DNA of 64,000 bases, from NCBI GenBank assembly GCA_001643675.2, contig LSRY02000014.1, positions 992,001 through 1,056,000 of the forward strand. Direction: 5' to 3'. The DNA is from Monocercomonoides exilis PA203 (Eukaryota > Protista > Preaxostyla). The translations under genes were made by a program, and so were the position numbers. Below, in pieces: positions 49,255-61,951 of the stretch. The notes under the pieces were generated by a model that made no database searches, had not been told where the DNA came from, and saw only the letters and a program-made list of their open reading frames with translations. Each line of letters opens with the position of its first letter. Within the stretch, counting starts at the first letter, position 1.

Positions 49255-50967
49255 ATTCTTATCTGTTGGATGCTGATAATCTTATGGAAAATTTGGCATT
49301 TATAAAAAACGTTAATAAACAATATGAAATTTAAATCAAACATTGTGAAAATTCAAATTCATTCACTCTTTTGAGTTTTATAAATTCGCACTTTGCTTTA
49401 TTTAAATCAATCATGGTGTTTCTGAATATTAAATCCTAACAAAAAGATATTTCAAAAGAGGTCAAAAGATCAAAACCATCCAAAAAAATGTTTAATAAGG
49501 AAAACTGTGTCTGGATCTTTGATTGACCGAATTAATTCTGTCAAGCATTCATTTTCATCAATTTGGTTTTGCAACATAATTTAAGAACAGTTGGTTTCCA
49601 AAATGACAAGTCACTTAAAAATGACGTCAGTGATGGGAAGTGCCAAAATTATCAAAAAATGACAAATGATCAAAAAAAGTGACGATCAAAAAAGTCCGTA
49701 TCTGAAAAATTCATCAACTTTTCCATAATGAAAATTTTTTTGAAGTTAATTTTTGATTATTAATTTGTCAGCAAATAACAGAAATATTGTTATGAAACTG
49801 ATAATATTTCAAAATACAAAAAAATGAATAATTCTTCAAAATAAATGATAATTCTCGTTCAAAAAAAGTGACATATAAAATTCAGATTTGTCTGTCTCTT
49901 CTCAAAAAAATGCTCGTCATTGGCGGGGTGACGAGGAGGTTTAGATATTACATCAAAAATTATTCTAATTTGATAAATAAAATTTCTCATTTGAAATGGA
50001 AGTTTTTTTGATTTGGTGCAAAATACGCATATTCAAGCTTTTTTTGCACAAGGCATTGAAAAATTGTTTCGCTCATAACTTTATTTCCCTTTCTCAGATT
50101 TCAAGATTAATTTGATTTTCATATCCGTAAACAGGCTCAGTTGTAATAATAATATGAAATGTTGTGATATTCAATGAATGTCAAAATGTGAACACATATT
50201 TACTGTGTTTTTTTATCTCAAAAAGTCAATGAAAAGAACATTATCATTCAGTGGAAATGCCTGAAGAGAAATATTTTGCCCCATTTGTGATATGAATAAC
50301 TTGTTTTGTGGTTCAAATTTTCTTTATTGATATTTCATGAGAATTCTTAATTCTCAATATTTAAAAAAAGATGTATCTTCATTTAAAAAATTTCATATTT
50401 TTGTTAAAAAATTTATTTATTTAATGTATATTCAAAAAGGAATTAAAACATTTTTGTATCATAATTCATGTTTTTCTTATTTTCACCAAAGAAACAAGGA
50501 AACTTTTGTGGGAAAAAATCTTGCCTTTTGTTATTTAAAAACGTTATTAAGAATTACATTTAATTATTCGGTAATTCAAAAAAATTAATAAAAAAACATT
50601 TAATTTTTTATTTGAATGATAATTTCAAAATTGGATAAAAATTTTTTCGAAAAATATATCAATTATTTCAATAAAAAAATAGACTTCTTTTTTTGATTTA
50701 TAGTATACGTTTTGTGTTATGATAGCTTGAAACATTCTGAAATTCATCCTCAAGATGAATCAAAATTCTCAATGAAAAATGAATTTCGAAATTGAAATAC
50801 AATTTTCGGCATTCTATTTTAAAATTTCAATTTTGAATTACTATGAGTAAAATATCCAGTACAAAGTTATAAACAAAAAACCTGTCCTTTTAAAAAAAAA
50901 GAACTTTTTTCTTTCATTAAAACATCAGCTTGTTCAAACTGAATATTGACTGATGAAACATTTGAAG

Positions 50968-51431
50968 TAAACATGTGTTACAGATTGATAAATTTTTGTC
51001 ACGTCCGTCAGTAATTAAAAATCCACGACAGTATTGATATTTGAAAAAAATAATTTTCTCTGATTTTTGTTATTTTCATTATGTATATCAAATTATATAA
51101 AAACATTCATTTTATTTTATTCTTCTAACTTTTCTTTGTTTCATAAATTAATAAAAAATTTCTTCTCTGAAGAATACTGACTCCATTGACAGTCACTGAC
51201 TTCACTGACTTCATTGACAGTCCGATGATCAACATATAGCAAATATGATTTTTTGTCAATATCCTTTTTGAGAAATGTATTTTCATTCTTAACATATTTG
51301 AATTTATCTTTAACAATATTTGCAAATGCAATTATTTGTTCTTATAATCGAGGTTCTGACGTGAAAATAATCTCTCGGTCCGTCAGGATACCAATTTTGT
51401 CTGTCAATAGTCACAAAGTCACACATGTTTA
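50968..51431. mobile_element. 464-bp non-autonomous hAT element (MITE)
   Basis: TIRs TAAACATGTGT(T/G)AC at both ends; exact 8-bp TSD ATTTGAAG at 50960-50967 and 51432-51439; many internal TGAC/GTCA motifs; no ORF. Confidence 0.88.
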
Positions 51432-51549
51432 ATTTGAAGTTGGAAAGTTAATATTTTTCAAATTTTTTCGATGTATTTCTTCTCTTTGACTGTTGTTCTT
51501 TTGAAAGAATGATTATTCATTATTCCTTATTTGTTGAAGAAAATTAAAG

Positions 51550-53270
51550 ATGAAATAAAGCTAATTTGAAGAAAAAGGAAATAATCACACCGTATTTTTA
51601 ACTGCCTTTTGTTTGTTTATTTAAATAGCCTTTCAAACAGCAATCATCCATTTTGCTCATTTTGATCATTCCATTTTGTGAAAAAGAAAAGAAATCCATT
51701 TCTTCAGAAGAACTTCTTTGGATTTCTGCCACAAGAGAATACCGTGCAATCCATTCCAGGTCGAGGAAAATTTTTGAAATCAAGAAAACATATCCATTGA
51801 CAGTGAGCGTGGCGGTCAAAGCGAAAGTTATTACAAGGCAGGCTTGGTACAGAGGCAAAACAGCAGAAAAGAAAAACAGAGATGTGGGAAAAGAAGGAAG
51901 ACCGTCTCTCATCAATTCTGAGAAACTGGAAAAAATCGAAAATCAGGTCTTGTCTTTATTATCAGGAGCAGTTGTTGTTCGAATGAAGCACATATAGGAA
52001 ATTGTTTTCAATTTTTTTAAGTGATTATTTTTTATCTTTATTTAAATAGGCAATTAAAATGTTGGACGCAGAATCAACAAATGAAGAAGAAAACGAGAAA
52101 CTCCAACCGAAATTCTTTTATTATTTGGTTCAAAGAAGTTCCAAATTAAAAGCAGCCCTGGAGAGACCACTGGAAATTGCAAAGATTCAATCACAGAGCC
52201 CTGAAAGTGTGACGAATTAATTTGAAGATGTGAAAGAGATTGTCGAAAATAACAATATCGAAGTTACCAATATTATTAATTTTGACGAATCTTCTGTGAT
52301 AATCGGAGAAAGTTCGTCAAAATTAGTGATCTGTTTGAAAGATCAGATCCCTCCTTCTCCTCCAAAACCTCGAAAAACTGCCAACTCAACTCTTTGCGTT
52401 TGCGTATGTTCTGATGGTTCCTGGCTTCCTCATTTTTTTCTTTATCCAAAGAAAAAAAGGCCCGAAGAGTTTTCTTATTTGAAATATTACTATAAAAAAT
52501 TTGTTCCTGCCATTTCAAGATGGATTGCCACTGAAATTTTAAAAATCATCATGCTTCAAAATTGGATTCCTCTCAGTCATCAAAAAATCCAATCGACATC
52601 TTCGAAAAAGGCTCTTTATCTTCTTGATAACCATTCGACCCATTCATGCTCAGATGTCATTCGTGAAGCTGAAAAAAACGGAATCTTTATGAAAACGTTT
52701 CCGCCTCACATGACTCATCTCCTCCAGCTATGCGATGATGTTATTTTTGCCAGATTGAAAAGATATTTATTTCATAATTCGAATTTTCCTTCGGGTGATT
52801 CATCATCATATAGAAAGGCTCTTACTGAGGTTTTTCCTGATGCAATCACTGCAGCAACCACTCCTTCAGTAATTAAAACTGCTTTTCTGAAAACAGGAAT
52901 CAGGACACTGGCTGCTTCGCAAGTTCTCTCTAAAATAAGTGGGTCTCCTTCAAAATTGCCTTCAGGAATTTCTATTGATGAAGTTAACAATGAATTATTT
53001 GGTTCATTTTCCACAAAACGCTAAGTGAACTTATCAAGAAAGGATAAAATAGATATGATAATCGATGAAAAACATTGCATTGATGGAAGCACGCAAACTG
53101 TTGAATATAATATCTCAGACGAAGATTGCGATCATCCTTCAAGAGACAAATCTTTGTCAAAAAGAATCCCGAGGATAATTAAGAAAAAAATCGACGATGA
53201 CTTCATTTATGAAGACAATGAAGCTTCATCAAAAGAAATGCGGATTGATGAGCAAAAAAAAAAACATTAA
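51550..53270 (+). pseudogene. pogo/CENP-B-like (DDE_1, DD35D) transposase pseudogene
   Basis: HTH plus GRP motif, a second HTH, then NFDES, CVCSDG..LP and LLDNHSTH...FPPHMTHLLQLCD (35 residues between the last two Asp). Intron 52004-52049. In-frame stops at 51995, 52218 and 53022. The 5' start is uncertain. Confidence 0.85.
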
Positions 53271-54250
53271 AGAAACTTGTCCGTCCAGAAGCAAAAAATT
53301 CAAAATTAAACATAATGAAAATGAAACAATAATAACAGTAACTCATTTGATAAATACTCACTTTTTTATTAAATCTATTCCGCTGTTTTACAAACTTTAT
53401 ATATATTTGACTATAAATTTGTTGTTAATCTTGTATTGAAATATCTTAAATCATAGTTTTATTTATCCTTCATTATTTATGCATTTGGGTAATTATTTTT
53501 GAAATCATATTTTTTCAGTGAAAATTGTCGGGTCGAAGAAATTCTTATTTATTCGTTGTAAATGAACAGCGAATAATAACAACGGAAAAAAAAGACACCA
53601 CTATTTTTCTTTCATATTAAACATCTGATTTTCAAACAATAAAGCACAATTCAATATTTGAATGAATATTTTTTCGCTAATGATAAATACACTTAAGAAA
53701 CTCAGACCCCGAAAAAATTTATGATTTCTAAAATAATCACACATTTATTTCAGAAAAAACAATGGTTGGAAAAGACTGAGTATTGAGCATTGAATTGCTT
53801 TGGTCAAGTTCATAACAATGTTCATATTTTAAAGATATAGCTTCAATTGATGTGGTAATTTGAGGAACGTCATTTCATATGATAATTTTTGATTCGTAGA
53901 AAAAATATGAAAGTTGTCTTTGGATGCTTTGCTCAATTCTTCTTTTTTCGAAACGTTCATTAATTATGCTTTCAGCATTAAACAAGCATATTATTTGAAT
54001 AAAAATTGAAAGAAATAGAAGATGCAGTTGCTAAATAAAAAATCCGGGTTTGAAACTTTGAAACGGGTGTTTTTCTCATTGTGTTAATTCCTTAAATGAA
54101 TTATTTTTGGTACATGTCTTGAAGATATGACAAGGCATGGAATAATTATTTCTTGAAAAATATTCATAAAAATATGGCTTAATTTTTTTTTTTTTTTTTG
54201 GAAAACTTTATTTTGTTTCATTTTCAAATAAATTAGAAATTTTATATATT

Positions 54251-57102
54251 GTTAGTGTTAATAATTGTGGACACTTTCAATAACTGTGGACAGTCGAATT
54301 TTCTCAACAACCATTGATAGTTGCATTTTGACAACTAGCCCAATTATTTCCTTATTGAATACAAACTCATGTGAATGATTTTTATCACCAGACCAATACA
54401 ACGAAATTTCATAAAAATTATTTTTTCTTTTCGAAGAAATAAAATTCTCCGAGTTTCTCCGAAAAAAGAAAATGCTATTTTCTTGATTCTGAAGAGCAAG
54501 TTGTTTATTTCTGCATACCATCGGTGCTTAACCCGCACCCTGGTGCCAAACCCGCACACTGCAAATTTCTTGAAAATCTTAAAGTCATTTTTTTCCTTTC
54601 AAAGAAGTTCATTGATGATGAAATTGCTTGAACCAGGTTTCAAAAAATATTATATTCTATTTTTTTAATCAAAAACTTTCAAAAAGATGAATTTTTTATA
54701 ATTTTGCTCCGAAAAGAGCATTATCGATTTTTACTGAAAAAGAACAAAAGAAGAGTTAAAAAAATATGTGCATGCTTATTTGTTAATGTATTTTCAAATA
54801 TCTTTATTTGTTTTTTGGATTTGAAGTATTCTGCAAAAAGTTTCACATTTTCTTTGTTAGATCGTGCCCATTAGTATGTGAAAAACAAATAGAAAGTTCT
54901 GCAGCTTCATCGAAAGGGGTTTGTTGAAGTTATTTCTTATGTTTTTTAATCAAAAATCGCTCTTCTTATTAATATGCATTGAAAATTTCATAGTTTTGTT
55001 AAAATATGTCAAGTTTTATTTATAATTTGTTTTGTTGTCTTTTTTCGTTACATTGTTTATATAGAGCTTTGATTATTTTTTGATTTCGTTTATAATATAT
55101 TTTTTCTTCAATATTTTATTTATTATTTTCAACTGTTTTTTTTTTTCACAAAATAATTGCTCAATATAAATTTGTCAATTTTTGTTGATGAATCTATTAT
55201 TTGCTGATTCTCATCAAACATATTAATGTTTTATGAATTAAAAATTTACAAGGATCGTTTTCAAGTGTCAATATTTTCAATTCAGTTAGAAAAATTCTAT
55301 TTTTAAAATTTGAAATTTTTATTAATTAAGCTGTTGTTTGGAATTATTTTCATTCATAACAATAAAAATGTTGTTATTTATTTATTTTTGGACTTTGCAA
55401 AAAGTTTTTTTCCGAAATACACTTAATGGATATTTTCTAACTCTCACTTGAAATTGATGTGTTTTCAATAATATATTAATTTGTTTTCATCATTAAAACA
55501 GCAAAAAACAATTCAAAAAGTTTTTTAAACTATTCACTCGGCAAAGGAATATATGGGTGATTCTTTTTGAAATCATAACTTTTTTAGGTGTGCTGTTTTT
55601 TTCAAAGATTACTTGTCACTGGGTAAAGATTTTTTATTTAAGTGCTTAATACATCAGAACTGTTTCAAAAACAAATGTTTAGACTTAATTGAAAACGATG
55701 GACTTATGAGAATGCATATTCTCTTTTCTATGTTCATTTGTTAATATTCAAGCGAGTTTTTTCGAACCTAAAATTTTGAATTGAAAAATATGACATCAAA
55801 AATAATCACCCATATTGAAATTGAAAAAAATTATACAATATCCATTTAACGCTTCATTGAAACTATCAACGTCAAAATTCTATTTTAACTGTTTTTTCAT
55901 GATTTTTTCATGATCAATACACTTTGATATTTGGCACAATAATTATATTATTAGTCTATTTATTACCAATGAGCAACTAAAGTTCGATTTTTGTTAAAAT
56001 AGTGAAATTTGAATCAAAAACAAAATTGAAAAGAGTTTAAAAATGCAAGCATAATGTTCAAAATAAGAACATAAACTTTCGATGAAAATGTAAATAATCA
56101 AGAAAGCTGCAATTTTTAAATCATTTACAAACATTTGCTATCACACAGAAACATATAAAAGGAAAAAAACATGTTCATTCTTATATAAAAAATCAAAGTT
56201 TTCAAAATCAACATGCAAATATTTGCTCTCTAAATATTATCAACGATCGATCGTTTGAATGTTATAAAGATTTAAATGCCATTAACAGCAAACTGTTTAT
56301 ACATCAGCTGAATAATGCATTTCCAAATGTGACACAAAAGAAACATATTATAACAAATGAAATAAAAAATAAATAACACATTACCATGAAACAACAAGCA
56401 TTAATCAAATAAAATTATTATCACAGTGATATAATCCTATTGACACTAAATATTTCATATTTAATAAAATCAAAAATAGCTCACTAATAAACATATGAAA
56501 CTATGAAATTTTCAATGCATATTAATAAGAAGAGCGATTTTTGATTAAAAAACATAAGAAATAACTTCAACAAACCCCTTTCGATGAAGCTGCAGAACTT
56601 TCTATTTGTTTTTCACATACTAATGGGCACGATCTAACAAAGAAAATGTGAAACTTTTTGCAGAATACTTCAAATCCAAAAAACAAATAAAGATATTTGA
56701 AAATACATTAACAAATAAGCATGCACATATTTTTTTAACTCTTCTTTTGTTCTTTTTCAGTAAAAATCGATAATGCTCTTTTCGGAGCAAAATTATAAAA
56801 AATTCATCTTTTTGAAAGTTTTTGATTAAAAAAATAGAATATAATATTTTTTGAAACCTGGTTCAAGCAATTTCATCATCAATGAACTTCTTTGAAAGGA
56901 AAAAAATGACTTTAAGATTTTCAAGAAATTTGCAGTGTGCGGGTTTGGCACCAGGGTGCGGGTTAAGCACCGATGGTATCTTATAAGTTCATATTTATTG
57001 AGGGAATAATTGGGTTAATTGTCTAAATGCAACTATCAATGGTTGTTGAGAAAATTCGACTGTCCACAGTTATTGAAAGTGTCCACCATTATTAACACTA
57101 AC
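54251..57102. mobile_element. Older ~390-bp MITE with ~120-bp imperfect TIRs, split by a nested insertion
   Basis: 54251-~54370 is the reverse complement of ~56980-57102. The outer ~75 bp are nearly identical and include the doublet AATAA(T/C)TGTGGACA; similarity falls off inward. Possible TA target duplication (TA|GTGTT...AACAC|TA). Confidence 0.75.
54518..56976. mobile_element. 2.46-kb non-autonomous Tc1/mariner-pogo-type element with ~480-bp TIRs
   Basis: 54518-54996 and 56498-56976 are apparently identical inverted copies. Termini CCATCGGTGCTTAACCCGCACCCTGGTGCCAAACCCGCAC are flanked by TA on both sides (54516-17, 56977-78). The 1.5-kb AT-rich spacer has no ORF. Confidence 0.88.
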
Positions 57103-57779
57103 TATATGGGTGAAAATTTTTGAAAAATCACTTTATTTTAGCCTGATCTATCCCTCAAAAAATCAAAAATTGTTTAATATCAACCGTAATTATTTCTCTT
57201 ATTAATTATTCACTCTTTTATCTCGAACATAAGAATTTGACATCTTTCAAATTACAATTGTCATCATTAACATTACCTAAGTGCTTCAATAATTGAAATT
57301 TATTTGCATTTTTTCCTGTTATTTAATAGCAACGTATTCAACTTGAATATTCCTTTATTTTATTTTTCATTAAAATGAGTTTCACTTATATTTTATTGGA
57401 GTTATAACAATAATTATAAATTAAATCTCATTTCACAAATGAATTACTTTTTTAATAGCTCTTCATTCGGAGATTTTTTAAAGCTTGATTTCAAAATTTT
57501 TCGACTTTTTCACTTTCAATGAATCCTAAAATACACAATAATAATTTGGAAATAACTAATTTGCATATTGATAGAAAAACAATTGAAGATCGTTGTTCAT
57601 TTAAGCAAAAATAAAAAAGAATAAATAAATGATACATAAATTATTATTTATCTTTGAGATAAATACAGAAAAGGAAGTGAGAATGTATCATTTGTTTTTC
57701 AATCTCTCATTATTCATATAGCTGTTAACTTCTTCGGTTTTTTTTTATCTTTTCAAATCTTCTTCAATACATGCAGCTT

Positions 57780-60600
57780 ATAGATCAGCTTTTTCATAAT
57801 GAAGGCGAAGAAGCGGAGAGATCAAGGTGGTTGATGTGTTTGTGCATTTATCAGGATAATCATCTGCTCCTGCGGTTGACCCTTCGGAGGCATCTGCGAT
57901 ATTGGTATCATTCACATCGGAAGCAGTTATGAACAGCATCGAGAGACAGTGGAGGATTGTGGTGCTTGAGGCAGCTGAAGTGAATGCAAACACAAGAAGC
58001 TGTTACTGAGAGTGCTGCAGACGCAGAGGGGTTATATTGCGCGCTTTCTACGATGCTTTTTGTTACGCCTGTTACACTGCTTCTGTCGCTTGCAATGGCG
58101 AAGCTGGATGATGAAGTGATGGGGCGAAGGGTTGTAGTGAATGAAGTGGAGGAGAGGAGGAGGTGAAGGTGCTGGAGGTGGAGGGGCCGGGAATGGATTG
58201 TGAAGTTTTGAAGTCTGCAGCAATTGCGCTTGCAGAGCCGGAGGAAGGAGAAAATGTATTAAGAATTTTTCACATCGATGCAAAAGTTCCGATGTCACGA
58301 GGGGATATCGAAGCAGATGAGCTGGCTGGTCAAGCATCTGCTTGAGTGTGATGAAATAGTCCGGATGAAAAAGATGAAGATTTTGTGGCTTAGTTAGATG
58401 TGCAACGCAGTGGTGAAGGAGCTGTATGAGTAGCTGTCAACGATGAAGGAGAAGGTGGAGTTAATGGATGCATGGACTGAGAAGGTTAATAAGTACTGAA
58501 TTTAGCAGGGAGGCAGGTGAGTGGTGAAAGCGAGATTTTGCTGGCGAACTTGTTGCTTCCTCCTTCCATGCCATCAAAACTGGCTTTTGTATTTTGCGGG
58601 GAGGTTCCGTCTTTGTTTTCAGTAATTCTGCTGTTTGATCTGTGTGAAAAGGTGTAGAAGAAGTTTGCAGCGAACATCTGTAACGGCAGTGCTTTTATGT
58701 TTGGGTAGGACATCAATAGAAATGAGATTGTTGTGATAGTTGGGAACAAAGTGAATGTTGTGGGAGGAGCAAACATCGGCGAGGGAAAAAGTGTTTACGG
58801 TGGTGGAAGAGTAGATGCAATTGTACTGCAGAAGATTAGTAAAATGAAGGAGGAAACGAAGATGTTGACTTCGCTGTTATAAGCACAGGAGCAGACGATA
58901 AGTGTACAGAAGGCTCTGTTCAAGAAGGTTATTGTGAAACAGCAGATGGAACTTGTATTTATAAGAAGCAGGAGCAAAAGAAAATAAGTGCATTGTTAGA
59001 AGTTCCAGTGCAGCGGCTTCTGACTCCGCATAAGATGGTGGCAAACCTTCGCTAATGTTGGCGCTGTAAACGATCATGAGGAATACACGGAGATAAGATT
59101 GCGGCAGAGAATTGCAAGAGTTGAGCTTCCAAGTCAGGAGTATGAGTACTTTGCGTGCGTGTGAATGGAGTGGAAGCAAGTGATGCAGAAGAAGAGTCAG
59201 GATCCGCGAAATGCGATGAACAACTTGGTGAATATGCTTAGGAAAGACTTTGAGAGATGTGGTTGTTAGAAAAGTTTGTGCAGGAGGAGTTCACGGGAGA
59301 CGCGCTGTCATTCTTCTGGAACATCTATTCGGTGTTGTTTTGTGGGCTACAGTTGGAAAAAGATGAGGAAGAGTTATCTGTGTTTGCTGCATTTTTACCG
59401 AACCTCCACCTGGCAGAAGCTTCGAAGAGGAAAGAGAAGTGGAGGTCCCTTAGGATAAGAAATGTTTAAATGATGAATCGACTTCTTCGTATTCGTCTTC
59501 GTCATCGGGTGTGGTTTGCTGAGTCATCGCAAACGATGATGTGGAGTCTCTTCAAAATGTGTCATCCACAGGCACTACAGGCATTGTCGCTTCAGATCTT
59601 AGAAGATGAGAACAGGCTTCCGCGGAACTGTCTTCCTTCGTTTGCGTTGTGCTGGAGGCGGACCTGCGCAATGGCTTCTTCACGCTGTGTCTGATACATT
59701 TAGATTTTAGAGATGCCGCCAATCGCAGATCTCCTCCATTCCTGTCACAGAACAGCGTAGTTGTGAAGGCGATTAACCGGTGCTGGATGACCGAGTGAGA
59801 GTGCTTTCGGTGGTGTCAACAGAGACAGGGCCGAATCGAAGTGTTGATGCTGGTGCAGTCGGCTGTGGGTGCTGTTCCGGATGGTGATGATGCTGGTGCA
59901 GCTCGTGGGGCGCCAGCTGCAGAGCGAACGAGGTTAGAAGGCCAATCTGCTTTGGGGTGCTGCTGGGGAATGTGCAGCGTGTGCAGCTGCTTCACAAGCC
60001 AATGGCACGGCAGAGTGAAGGAAGGAGTGAGGAGTCAATGTCTTGCCATGCAACAGCATTATCTACTTCTTCAGCACAGCACAAACATGTTCTGAAATGC
60101 AAAGAGTTGACAATCAACAACTTGCGACTGTCCTTTGCATGTGCATCGAGTGTGGTCGATCCTTCCATTTCTCCTCCTTCATTTTCATCGATGTTGTCAT
60201 TTCCATCACAATATCCTTCTTTTCCATATTCTTCTTTTTCTTCTTCTTCCTTTTCTTTCTTTTTTCCCTTTCTCTTGACTCATCTTCAAAAATTCCTCAA
60301 ATTTCGATTACCACTTTTCATTTTTTCTTCCTTTTCATTCAAAATATCTCTTTCATTCAAATTTCTTATGAACATATTTTTCTTCTAAATTATTTGTCAA
60401 ATTTCTTCTTTTGTCATTTCATCAACTTCTATTTCCCTCTTTTTGCTTTTAACAAGACTCATCCGACACGTCATCCAAAACCATCAAAGGCATCCTCTTC
60501 TATTCGCTTCAATTTTTGCTCCTTCTCATTCCACCAAACACTCTCCAATTATAATCCCCAGATTTCTTAAAGGCGCCAAATATGCTCTTTTTCCATGTTC
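57780..60600 (-). pseudogene. Decayed protein-coding remnant (Ser/Pro-rich and Glu/Lys-rich segments)
   Basis: GC-richer, codon-like stretch with the same low-complexity style as host genes but many stops and frameshifts on the minus strand; no long ORF. Confidence 0.45.
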
Positions 60601-61951
60601 ATTCGTTGTCATTAAACATTCTTACAAAAATCAAAATTTCATAAAAAAAATTTATTTTTAAAAAAGTCATTTTGAAAATAATATATAAATACATACATTT
60701 ATGATGATCATTCTTCTCAAGCTTTCTTCTCCTTCAAATATTTTTTTGTTCTGAAAATAAAACAAGTCAGCACCTTCTATACTTCCCTTCTGCTCCCAAA
60801 AAACGTCTTTTTCCAATTCTTGATCGTGCTTTCACCAAAAGAACTGCGTAAACTTCATTCTTAAAACAATCGACGATGGGAAGAAGGAGGAAGAAGAAGA
60901 ATATTAATTTGAACTCTTTAGTTGATTGTCTTTGCATATGTTCATGTTTGCGATGCCATTTTTGGGGTGAAATGCTTGAATCCATCATTACAGTTTATTT
61001 ATCTGCTAATATTGTACATGGTGAAGGCAAATTTTGAATGATATATAAATCAAACCATCTGAAATGAACAAAATGTGAAAAATATAAATTTAAAATTAAC
61101 TGAAACATTCTGAAATTACCATGCTTCGAGATTTCACTTTGTTTTTTTTGGAATAACGGATAGTTTTCCTACGAAAATCTAATTTTTCTTGTATGTGTGA
61201 ATCTCAATTAATATTGAATCCATTCTGATCATAAAATACAATAAAAAATGTGCTGTTCAAATTGACGATATATATGATTCTAATGTTCTTTAATACAGTT
61301 TATTCGATGAAAATTTGCTTTTGAAGGCTGAACTTGCAAAGATATTATTCTTCAATAAATTATAATGGATTAGAGTATTTGATCTGTGGTGATTTTTCAA
61401 AAATTTTCTCCCATATCGATCAAATTTCTGTTCCCAAGTTCGAAGCTTCACAAAAATGAAAATAATAATATTGTCAAGAATTTATTTACATGATAGAGGA
61501 ATTTGGTGAGTGTGAACAGAAACTTGATCGAAATATGAAATTTTTATTTTTTTGAGAATATTTAACAAAACGAAGTTTTCAAAAAAAATTCGATACATAT
61601 AAGAAAAAAAAATTTAATACAAAAAATAAAAATAATAACAATTATTCGGTAAACGAATAATAAATATTTTATGTTTAATGAATTCGTTAATTTTTTTATG
61701 AATTTAATGTGATTTAATATTTTTACTTATTTTAATTCTTTCTTTTCTTTTCTTTTTTTTTTTAAAGAATCCACTCGAAATAGATGATTCAAATTTTTTG
61801 AAATACGAAAGGAATTCAATATACATAATTTGAATCGGTTATAAATTTTGTTGATATTTATTTTTTGAATTTTCTTAAATATTTGCAATATGGAAAAAGA
61901 TCAAAAAGAATAAATCCCCAAGTGATTGCGTAAATTTTTAGAAAAATAGAA

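Larger units (their letters stand above)
41512..49943 (-). mobile_element. Autonomous hAT-superfamily DNA transposon (~8.4 kb) with cargo
   Basis: Left TIR TAAACCTCGGCGTCACCC (41512-41529) matches the reverse complement of the right end, TAAACCTCCTCGTCACCC (49926-49943), at 16/18 positions. The 8-bp direct repeat GATATTAC lies at 41503-41510 and 49944-49951 (one extra T at 41511). TGAC/GTCA subterminal motifs occur at both ends, and the element encloses the hAT transposase. Confidence 0.82.

Noticed and set aside
49952-54250. Terminal inverted repeats for the pogo pseudogene
   Set aside because: No convincing TIR pair flanking 51550-53318 was found by eye, so element boundaries are not called.
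60767-61450. Possible small spliced gene or transposase remnant on the minus strand
   Set aside because: An intron-like segment is present, but I could build no open spliced frame or convincing catalytic motif.
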